Assembly (NCBI GenBank): GCA_002345565.1
Contig: DDVS01000002.1
Span: 377,992-409,991 of the forward strand
Source of the DNA: Flavobacteriales bacterium UBA2306
GTDB taxonomy: Bacteria > Bacteroidota > Bacteroidia > Flavobacteriales > Weeksellaceae
Length of the DNA stretch: 32,000 bases
Direction of reading: 5' to 3'
Shown: positions 1 through 7,046 of the stretch, piece by piece
How positions within the stretch are numbered: the stretch's first letter is position 1
How the letters are laid out: the number at the start of each line of letters is the position of its first letter
Translations under genes and position numbers: made by a program
Notes under the pieces: generated by a model
What the model saw: only the letters and a program-made list of their open reading frames with translations
What the model was told of the DNA's origin: nothing
Databases searched by the model: none

Positions 1-439
1 TAAAATGGGAGTCAGGAAGCAAAATCTGATATTTTAAATTAAGTCTGATGCTTTTTCCGGATTCCAAAGGTTCGGAAAGTGGAATAAAGATGTTTTCCTG
101 AGTTTTATTAAGGATTTCCGAAGATGTGTTTCCGTAAGAATACTGGAGACTTTCCAATTTTCCCAATTGGCTGTCTTTAGCAAAGTAAAGGTCTTTTTTG
201 CGGTCTTCAAGTTTACGTTTTAATAAAGGTGTTCTTCTTTTTTGATAAGCCGCAACCCAATTCAAAAGTTTAATTTGATTGATGGATTTCTGATGTGGAT
301 TATGATAAATTAAAGTCTGTTCAACAGAAATTAATTTTTTGTCGTCATTCAATTTGACTTTCAGCATAATGCTGTCTTGCTGAGCCTTTGCCCAGAAATT
401 CGTCAACAATAAAACCAAACACAAAAAAAATTGCTTCAT
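1..439 (-). CDS. Secreted hypothetical protein, N-terminal part (the gene runs off the left edge); possibly the N-domain of an M1-type metallopeptidase
   Basis: It is absent from the ORF track because it has no stop in the window. A reverse-strand ATG at 437-439 is followed by an open frame to position 2: MKQFFLCLVLLLTNFWAKAQQDSIMLKVKLNDDKKLISVEQTLIYHNPHQKSINQIKLLNWVAAYQK... The start is a hydrophobic signal peptide ending AKAQ. The peptidase guess rests only on pattern resemblance. Confidence 0.6.
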   Translation of the reverse strand, partial: MKQFFLCLVLLLTNFWAKAQQDSIMLKVKLNDDKKLISVEQTLIYHNPHQKSINQIKLLNWVAAYQKRRTPLLKRKLEDRKKDLYFAKDSQLGKLESLQYSYGNTSSEILNKTQENIFIPLSEPLESGKSIRLNLKYQILLPDSHF

Positions 440-540
440 CAAAATTAATCAGTAATTAAAACTACTAATTTTTCACTAAATTAATAAGATATGTTTTATA
501 AAAAAGGAAAAAATCTGACGATTTTTGAAATATTTATTGG

Positions 541-568
541 TCTTCGAGAGCCTCAGACTGACAATGTT
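541..568. repeat. Solo arm of a REP-like intergenic element
   Basis: tcttcgaGAGCctcagactgacaatgtt shares identical blocks of 7 nt and 17 nt, in the same orientation, with 2093-2121 (tcttcgaCTCCGctcagactgacaatgtt). Confidence 0.6.
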
Positions 569-600
569 GAATATTGTTGAAAACTTCGGACTGATAAAAT

Positions 601-638
601 GAAAAACCCTTTCTGAGTTCAAAACTCTGAAAGGGTTT
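601..638 (-). terminator. Rho-independent terminator downstream of the OPRT/OMPDC fusion gene
   Basis: The stem is aaccctttctgagtt (605-619) paired with aactctgaaagggtt (623-637), with one mismatch. An A-run at 602-606 gives a U-tract on the minus strand. It lies 27 nt past the stop at 665. Confidence 0.75.
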
Positions 639-664
639 CCAAAATACTTTATACTTTGTACAAT

Positions 665-2023
665 TTACAATGTACTTTGATACGCTTTCCAGCCTTCGGT
701 TTTATAACGAAGAGCTTCCAATTCCGGTTCGTCTGATTTATAGATTCCGCGTCCAACGATGATAAAGTCTGTTCCGTAATTCTTAATCACGTGTTCCGGA
801 GAATTGTATTGTTGGCCTTTGTCGTCACCACTTGTTCCCAAATTAACACCAGGAGTGAACAACAAAAGCTGGTCAGAAACTGCATTTTGAGCTACACAAC
901 CAATAATGCTTGGATGATTTTCTATGACTTTCATTGCTTCTTCACGGTAATGAGAATCTGTCAAAGTGCCTTGAGAAGACATTCCCAAAATCGCCACCAC
1001 ACCAACATTCATAAAGCAATCCAAACTTTTGCTCCCGCCAATCACGTGAGAGGTTACCAAATCTGCCCAGTTTGAAATTTTATAAGTTCCGTAAGAAAAT
1101 TGCAATTCCTGAGTGTTTCCAATATCCGCAAATTTTCGGTCTTCCATCAAAAGGAAGTTATGTTTCATTGCCAAATCTTTCAACGGAAGAATCGTTTCAT
1201 CAGCATCGAAATCATTCAGAATATCAATGTGAGTTTTCAATGCTACGATGTGAGGTCCAACAAAATCAGCGAAATCCAATAATTCTTTTGTGGTAATAAA
1301 ATCTGCCGAAGCAATCAGGTTTGATTTTTTCTCAATAGCAATTTCAAGAATTTTTTTAGCGAAAGAATGTTCAGCAACTTCCAATTTCTGCTGGTAAGAC
1401 AGACGTTTTTTCTCTTCGAAAACCACTTGATTTCCGTTCACAAAATCTCTGATTCTAGTTACTTCTTCGTCATCGATATAATTTACTTCTCTCAGAATTT
1501 CCACAACTTCAGAAATGTTGAAAAGCGAATGAACTTTGTAACCTTTCGCTTCTAGTTTTTCTTTTCCGCCTTGTTGTCTGTCTAGAACTACAACAATGTC
1601 CGAAACTTTGATGCCTTCGTTTTCAACTTCATCAATTGTTTCAACCAAAGATTTTCCGGACGTGATGACGTCTTCTACCAAAAGACAGTTTTGTCCTTTT
1701 TCGTAGATGCCTTCAATTAATTTTTTTGTTCCGTAAGATTTTGCTTCTTTTCTTTTGATAATCAACGGAAGGTAACTTTCCAATGACATTGCAGTTGCCA
1801 TCGGAAGTGCCGCATAAGGAACGCCACAGATGATATCAAAATTATCCAAAGGAAGCATTTCCAAAAGATAATTGGCTAGTTTTTTCAGGATTTTAGGGTC
1901 AGAAGCGAGTGGTCGCAAATCAACATAAAACGGACTTTCGATCCCGCTTTTCAGTGTGAAACGCCCAAACTTGATTATCCCGAGTTTGTAACACTCGAGG
2001 AAGAATTCTTTTTTACTTTCCAT
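665..2023 (-). CDS. pyrF: Bifunctional orotate phosphoribosyltransferase / orotidine-5'-phosphate decarboxylase (UMP synthase-like fusion, OPRT N-terminal, OMPDC C-terminal)
   Basis: The N-terminal half has the PRPP-binding loop CLLVEDVITSGKS and ...VVVLDRQQGGKEKLEAKG..., colinear with the OPRT domain of eukaryotic UMPS. The C-terminal half has LMEDRKFADIGNTQELQFSYGTYKISNWADLVTSHVIGG, the URA3-type OMP decarboxylase active-site motif. Confidence 0.9.
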   Translation of the reverse strand: MESKKEFFLECYKLGIIKFGRFTLKSGIESPFYVDLRPLASDPKILKKLANYLLEMLPLDNFDIICGVPYAALPMATAMSLESYLPLIIKRKEAKSYGTKKLIEGIYEKGQNCLLVEDVITSGKSLVETIDEVENEGIKVSDIVVVLDRQQGGKEKLEAKGYKVHSLFNISEVVEILREVNYIDDEEVTRIRDFVNGNQVVFEEKKRLSYQQKLEVAEHSFAKKILEIAIEKKSNLIASADFITTKELLDFADFVGPHIVALKTHIDILNDFDADETILPLKDLAMKHNFLLMEDRKFADIGNTQELQFSYGTYKISNWADLVTSHVIGGSKSLDCFMNVGVVAILGMSSQGTLTDSHYREEAMKVIENHPSIIGCVAQNAVSDQLLLFTPGVNLGTSGDDKGQQYNSPEHVIKNYGTDFIIVGRGIYKSDEPELEALRYKTEGWKAYQSTL

Positions 2024-2093
2024 TGACTTTCTTTAGATTTCTACAAATTTAAGGCGAATTTTTCAGACAGAAAAAATCAACTAATAATAAAGT

Positions 2094-2162
2094 CTTCGAC
2101 TCCGCTCAGACTGACAATGTTTTAATAATATTCATTAGATGTCACACTGAGCGGGGTCGAAG
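2094..2162. repeat. REP-like imperfect palindrome (23-nt arms, 23-nt spacer)
   Basis: The left arm is cttcgactccgctcagactgaca (2094-2116). The right arm is tgtcacactgagcggggtcgaag (2140-2162). 20 of 23 positions are complementary. It lies between the tag stop and the pyrE/F-fusion start. Confidence 0.7.
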
Positions 2163-2171
2163 TGTCTAACA

Positions 2172-2726
2172 TTATTTAACTTCTCTCCATTTCGGATTCG
2201 TAGCAAAAATCTTTTCATTGATTTCACAACTGTCAGAATGGGCACCTTTCAAAAAACCAATGCTCATCAGAAACTCGCCGACAATCTCTCCACCTGTGAA
2301 TCTGAATGTTTTCTTGAATAGTTTCACCCATTCGTCTTTTGTTTTTGGATGATGATGTTCCAGCCAATTTTCGAAAGAACCAAATTCTTTTTTCAGTTCC
2401 AAAATGGTTTTTGCATTTTCAATTGCGGCGTTTACTTTTAGTTTGTTTCGGATAATTCCCGGGTCTGATAATAATCTTTCGCGGTCTTTTTCAGTATAAC
2501 CAGCAATTTTTTCAATACTAAAATTACTGTAAGCTTTTCGGAAAGATTCTTCCTTTTTCAGAATCGTTTCCCAGCTCAATCCAGCTTGATTGATTTCCAT
2601 AAGCAGCCTTCCAAACAATTCATCATCATTATGAATAGGGAAACCGTAATGATTATCGTGGTAGTTTTTGTGCAATGCTTTTCTTTCTTCAGCCTGCATT
2701 GTTTCTATAGCTTCGCAATATGACAT
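2172..2726 (-). CDS. tag: DNA-3-methyladenine glycosylase I
   Basis: 184 aa with YHDNHYGFPIHNDDELFGRLLMEINQAGLSWETILKKEESFRKAY, the characteristic Tag family core. Confidence 0.85.
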   Translation of the reverse strand: MSYCEAIETMQAEERKALHKNYHDNHYGFPIHNDDELFGRLLMEINQAGLSWETILKKEESFRKAYSNFSIEKIAGYTEKDRERLLSDPGIIRNKLKVNAAIENAKTILELKKEFGSFENWLEHHHPKTKDEWVKLFKKTFRFTGGEIVGEFLMSIGFLKGAHSDSCEINEKIFATNPKWREVK

Positions 2727-2827
2727 TGTATTTTGTTATTAAATTTGAAATGTAAAGATAATTAACCCATAATCATTCGCAATTAAAATTTACAAATTCC
2801 TATCTTAGCCTAAATTCTAATTTAAAA

Positions 2828-4363
2828 ATGAAAAGAAATATATCTTTGCTTTTTGTCCTTTTTTCGTTCACTGTTTCCAAGGCTCAGATTGAAGAAAAAA
2901 AACTCGACGAACTTATTCAGAATTCACTTAAAACATTTGATGTTCCCGGGATGTCTGTTGGTGTTGTAAAAGACGGAAAACTAATCTATGCTAAAGGTTT
3001 TGGCGTTCGTTCACTTAAAAATAATCAGCCGATGGATGATAATACTTTGGTTGGAATTGCTTCTAATAGTAAAGGTTTCACTTGTACGGCTTTAGCGATT
3101 TTAGCAGATGAAGGTAAAATAAATTGGGATGATAAAGTGACAAAATATATCCCAGAATTTCAAATGGCTGATCCTTATGTTTCTCAGAATGTGACGATAA
3201 AAGATTTGGTAACACATAGAGCTGGATTAGGATTGGGTCAAGGTGATTTGATGTTTTTTCCAGAAGGTGGAAATCTGACGGTGAATGATATAGTTCATAA
3301 TGTGAGATATCTTAAACCAGAAAATCCTTTTCGCACAACTTTGGATTATAATAATATAATGTTCATTGTGGCTGGAGAAGTGATTCACAGAGTATCCGGT
3401 TTGCAATGGGCGGATTTTATCGAGCAGAGAATTATGAAACCTGTTGGAATGACAGCGAGTTTTGGGTCTTATAACAGAGCAAAAAATTCACAAAATATTA
3501 TCGATGCACACGCTCCGGTTGACGGAAAAGCGATTGCTGTTCCTCACGATTGGAACGAAACGGCTAACGCTGCAGGTGGAATTATGAGTAACATCCAAGA
3601 TATGACGACTTGGGCAAACTTTCTTCTGAATGGCTTTGTAACCAAAGACGGAAAACGTTTGGTTTCTGAGAAAAATGCTCACGAACTTTGGAGTCTTCAG
3701 ATTCCGGATAAAGTTGGGATAACGTCTCCTTATGATACGCATTTTTATGGCTATGGATTAGGTTGGTTTTTGAGTGATGTGAAAGGTCATTTGCAAGTTC
3801 AGCATTCCGGAGGTTTGATTGGGACTGTAACGCATTTTACGTTGATTCCGGATTTGAAACTTGGAATTGTGGTTTTGACGAATCAACAGTCTGGTGCAGC
3901 ATTCTCTACAATCACAAACTCTGTGAAAGATGCTTATCTCGGAGTTGAAAATCGCGATTGGTTAAAACTTTATGGCGACAGAAATAAAAAAAATGAAGAG
4001 ACTTTTGCAAAACAAAAGAAAGAGGTTTATGATAAGGCTTCAAAATTCAAATCTGATTTGAAAGATGACCAATTTATCGGCTGGTACAAAGATGATTGGT
4101 TCGGGATTGTTGAGGTTTCTAAACAAGGCAAAGGTTATAGAATTATCTCTAAATCTTCTCCAAGACTAAAAGGTGATTTGATCCCATATTCAGCTAATTC
4201 TTTTGTTGCAAAATGGGATGACAGAAGTTATGATGCTGATGCGTTTTTTACTCTAAATTTTGATGAAAACGGAAAAGCGACTTCTGCGAAAATGAAACCC
4301 ATCTCTGATGTGACAGATTTTAGTTTTGATTTTGAGGATTTGGATTTGAAGAAGATTAATTAG
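2828..4363 (+). CDS. Secreted serine hydrolase of the beta-lactamase/transpeptidase-like (class C-like) family with an extra C-terminal domain
   Basis: It has a signal peptide (MKRNISLLFVLFSFTVSKAQ). The motifs are S-x-x-K (ASNSKGF), Y-x-N (DYNNIMF) and an H-x-G box (QHSGGL). A tail of about 130 aa follows. Confidence 0.8.
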   Translation: MKRNISLLFVLFSFTVSKAQIEEKKLDELIQNSLKTFDVPGMSVGVVKDGKLIYAKGFGVRSLKNNQPMDDNTLVGIASNSKGFTCTALAILADEGKINWDDKVTKYIPEFQMADPYVSQNVTIKDLVTHRAGLGLGQGDLMFFPEGGNLTVNDIVHNVRYLKPENPFRTTLDYNNIMFIVAGEVIHRVSGLQWADFIEQRIMKPVGMTASFGSYNRAKNSQNIIDAHAPVDGKAIAVPHDWNETANAAGGIMSNIQDMTTWANFLLNGFVTKDGKRLVSEKNAHELWSLQIPDKVGITSPYDTHFYGYGLGWFLSDVKGHLQVQHSGGLIGTVTHFTLIPDLKLGIVVLTNQQSGAAFSTITNSVKDAYLGVENRDWLKLYGDRNKKNEETFAKQKKEVYDKASKFKSDLKDDQFIGWYKDDWFGIVEVSKQGKGYRIISKSSPRLKGDLIPYSANSFVAKWDDRSYDADAFFTLNFDENGKATSAKMKPISDVTDFSFDFEDLDLKKIN

Positions 4364-4386
4364 AAAAGTTATTTGATAAAATAAAA

Positions 4387-4417
4387 ACGCCTAAACAATT
4401 TTTGTTAAGGCGTTTTA
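4387..4417. terminator. Bidirectional terminator between convergent genes
   Basis: acgcctaaacaa (4387-4398) pairs with ttgttaaggcgt (4402-4413), with one mismatch. It has an A-rich 5' flank and a T-rich 3' flank. Confidence 0.7.
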
Positions 4418-4439
4418 TATTTCTAAGAATTAGACCTGA

Positions 4440-5711
4440 TTAAATTGGTTTGAATTCTAAGTTTTGTTCTTTCAATAATTTAGCTTCAGCTTCTTTGTAA
4501 TAACCGTTTGCTAACTTGTTGTAAATCGATTCGAAAGCAGAAAGTGTTTCGTTGATTTCAGCATCGGTATGAGATGCGGTTGGAATTAATCTTAATAAAA
4601 TCATTCCTTTTGGAATTACCGGATAAACCACAACAGATGTGAAAATCCCGTAATCTTCTCTTAATTCTTTAACTAATAAAGTTGCTTCTACAGGCGTTCC
4701 TTGGATGAAAACCGGCGTTACACAAGTATTGGTATCTCCAAGATTATAACCGATTTTTTTCAATCCGCCTTGTAGTTTTTCAACGTTTTCCCAAAGTTTA
4801 GCTTTGATTTCAGGTCTTGTTCTCAAAAGTTCTAATCTCTTCAAACCTCCGATTACCATTGGCATTGTCAAAGATTTAGCAAAAATCTGAGATCTTAAGT
4901 TGAATTTCAAATAACGGATAATTTCTTTATCTCCAGCCAAGAACGCTCCGAAACCTGCCATAGACTTAGCAAAAGTAGAGAAATAAACGTCAATCTGATC
5001 TTGACAACCTTGCTCTTCTCCAGCTCCTGCGCCAGTTTCTCCCAATGTCCCGAATCCGTGCGCATCGTCCACCAAGATTCTGAATTTATATTTGTCTTTA
5101 AGAGCGCAGATTTCTTTCAATTTACCTTGTTGTCCTCTCATTCCGAAAACTCCTTCGGTAATTACCAAGATTCCGCCTCCTGTTTCTTCAGTTACTTTTT
5201 GAGCTCTGATTAAGTTCTTTTCAAAACTTGCAATATCGTTGTGTCTGTAAGTGAAACGTTTTCCGGCGTGTAATCTAACACCGTCCACGATACAAGCGTG
5301 AGAATCTACGTCGTAAACAATCACGTCATTTCTTGAAACCAAAGCATCGATACAAGAAACCATTCCTTGGTAACCGAAATTCAAAAGATAAGCGGATTCT
5401 TTTTGAACAAATTCTGCCAATTCTCTTTCCAATTGCAAATGCTGTTCAGTTTCTCCGGACATTGCTCTAGCTCCCATTGGATAAAACATTCCAAATTCTG
5501 CAGCGGCTTTGGCGTCAGCTTCTAAAACTTCAGGATGATTACACATTCCCAAATAATCATTAGCGCTCCAAAAGATAACATCTTTCCCCTGGAATTTCAT
5601 TCTTGGGCCAATTGGTCCTTCTAATCTTGGGAAAATATAGTATCCTTCGCCATAATCTGCAAATTGTCCTAGAGGACCTGGATTTTGTTTTATTCTTTCA
5701 AAAATGTCCAT
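4440..5711 (-). CDS. PLP-dependent alpha-oxoamine synthase (AONS/KBL/serine palmitoyltransferase family); candidate cysteate-C-fatty-acyltransferase of sulfonolipid (capnine) synthesis
   Basis: 423 aa with ...DDAHGFGTLGETGAG... and the PLP-lysine context FSTFAKSMAGFGA, typical of the SPT/BioF/Kbl family. It lies directly downstream of a CBS-like PLP enzyme. The specific role is inferred from this pairing. Confidence 0.85.
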   Translation of the reverse strand: MDIFERIKQNPGPLGQFADYGEGYYIFPRLEGPIGPRMKFQGKDVIFWSANDYLGMCNHPEVLEADAKAAAEFGMFYPMGARAMSGETEQHLQLERELAEFVQKESAYLLNFGYQGMVSCIDALVSRNDVIVYDVDSHACIVDGVRLHAGKRFTYRHNDIASFEKNLIRAQKVTEETGGGILVITEGVFGMRGQQGKLKEICALKDKYKFRILVDDAHGFGTLGETGAGAGEEQGCQDQIDVYFSTFAKSMAGFGAFLAGDKEIIRYLKFNLRSQIFAKSLTMPMVIGGLKRLELLRTRPEIKAKLWENVEKLQGGLKKIGYNLGDTNTCVTPVFIQGTPVEATLLVKELREDYGIFTSVVVYPVIPKGMILLRLIPTASHTDAEINETLSAFESIYNKLANGYYKEAEAKLLKEQNLEFKPI

Positions 5712-5738
5712 TTTTTCTAACTGATATTTTATATTGAT

Positions 5739-5768
5739 TGAAAAAACCTTTTGTATTTACAAAAGGTT
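5739..5768 (-). terminator. Intrinsic terminator/attenuator between the CBS-like gene and the SPT-like gene
   Basis: A perfect 11-bp stem pairs aaccttttgta (5745-5755) with tacaaaaggtt (5758-5768). An A-run at 5741-5746 gives a U-tract on the minus strand. It lies in the 77-nt gap between two co-oriented genes. Confidence 0.65.
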
Positions 5769-5788
5769 ATAAATATTGTGATTCAATT

Positions 5789-6826
5789 TTATTTGATGAT
5801 TTCTGTTTTGAAAACTTCATCATAATTGTGGAAACAGTTGTTGATAAAGCCTTGTTCCTCCATCCATTTATCGCTGTAAACTTTGGTAATATAACGAGAA
5901 CCGTGGTCGGGGAAAATCAAAACAATCAAGTCATCTGCTTTAAACTCGTGTGAATTAGCATACTGTATTAAAGCTTGAGTTACCGCACCAGTTGTGTAAC
6001 CGCCCATAATCGCTTCTTTCAAAGCAATTTCACGGGTTCTGTATGCTGACATTTCGTCATTAACTCTTACATATTCATCAATCGTATCAAACAAAAGAGC
6101 GCCCGGAATTAGGTTTTTTCCAAGACCTTCAATCTGATAAGGGTGGATTTCTGTTTTATTAATTTTTCCTGTTTCGTGATAAGTTTTCAGAATAGAGCCA
6201 TCTGCATCTACTCCAATAACTTTGATGTCAGGGTTTTGTTCTTTCAAATATTTTGCAGAGCCGGAAAGTGTTCCTCCAGTTCCTGTGCAAGCAAAAAGAT
6301 GCGTGATTTTACCTTCGGTTTGTTTCCATATTTCAGGGCCTGTAGTCTGGTAATGGGCATCAATATTCAATTCGTTAAAATATTGATTGATGTAAACCGA
6401 GTTTGGGGTTTCTGCAGCAATTCTTTTAGCTACTTCGTAATAAGACCTGGGATCATCTGCAGGAACAGAAGCCGGGCAAACATAAACTGTTGCTCCGAGT
6501 GCTTTTAAATAGGCAATTTTTTCGGCCTTCGTTTTATCGCTAACTGCAAGAATACATTTGTAACCTTTTACGATACAAACCATTGCTATTGAAAAGCCTG
6601 TATTTCCGGAAGTGGTTTCTACGATTACAGAATCTGATTTTAGGATTCCCTGTCTTTCTGCATTTTCTATAATGTGAAGAGCGATTCTGTCTTTTGTAGA
6701 ATGCCCCGGATTATAAGATTCCAACTTAGCGTATACTGTCGCAGGAATGTCCTTGGTAACTTGATTTAATTTGACTAACGGTGAGTTACCAATTAAACCA
6801 AGAATATTATCGTGTACATTCGTCAT
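5789..6826 (-). CDS. PLP-dependent cystathionine beta-synthase/cysteine synthase-fold enzyme (no CBS-pair domain); candidate cysteate synthase
   Basis: 345 aa. The PLP-lysine motif is HSTKDRIAL. It also has TSGNTGFSIA, GTGGTLSG, IEGLGKNLIP and PDHGSRYITKVYSDKWMEEQGF, which resemble the CBS catalytic core. Confidence 0.85.
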   Translation of the reverse strand: MTNVHDNILGLIGNSPLVKLNQVTKDIPATVYAKLESYNPGHSTKDRIALHIIENAERQGILKSDSVIVETTSGNTGFSIAMVCIVKGYKCILAVSDKTKAEKIAYLKALGATVYVCPASVPADDPRSYYEVAKRIAAETPNSVYINQYFNELNIDAHYQTTGPEIWKQTEGKITHLFACTGTGGTLSGSAKYLKEQNPDIKVIGVDADGSILKTYHETGKINKTEIHPYQIEGLGKNLIPGALLFDTIDEYVRVNDEMSAYRTREIALKEAIMGGYTTGAVTQALIQYANSHEFKADDLIVLIFPDHGSRYITKVYSDKWMEEQGFINNCFHNYDEVFKTEIIK

Positions 6827-6858
6827 TTTATATCATTTTTTCTCTCAAAAACTGTCTG

Positions 6859-6866
6859 CAAAAATA
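6859..6866 (-). promoter_or_regulatory. Bacteroidota -7 promoter box (TAnnTTTG) for the CBS-like gene
   Basis: The plus strand reads caaaaata, which is TATTTTTG on the minus strand. It lies 33 nt upstream of the ATG at 6826. No clean -33 TTTG was found. Confidence 0.4.
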
Positions 6867-7046
6867 AAAAAAAAATTGCAATGTTTTTATTTTTACATCC
6901 TCAATCTGATTTTAATCAAGATTTTTATTAAAAAACCAATTGTTTTTCTGAGGTTTTCCAAAAATCAATTCAAAATTTAATTTTTGTTAAAAACTTAAAA
7001 TAACTGAATCAAAAACATTAATTTCGCCGATATTTCATTTTCTAGT

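Noticed and set aside
791-1555. Four short plus-strand ORFs (60-94 aa) inside the pyrE/F-fusion gene
   Set aside because: They are antisense to a strongly supported gene and show no motifs. Such ORFs are expected by chance opposite an AT-rich coding strand.
6866-6875. A10 homopolymer (T10 on the coding strand) immediately upstream of the -7 box of the CBS-like gene, as a possible phase-variation tract
   Set aside because: Homopolymer runs of this length are common in intergenic DNA this AT-rich. Copy-number variability cannot be judged from a single sequence, so it is noted only.
6771-6980. 69-aa plus-strand ORF in the divergent promoter region
   Set aside because: It overlaps the 5' end of the CBS-like gene and runs through poly-A/T promoter DNA. 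Its translation is low in complexity.
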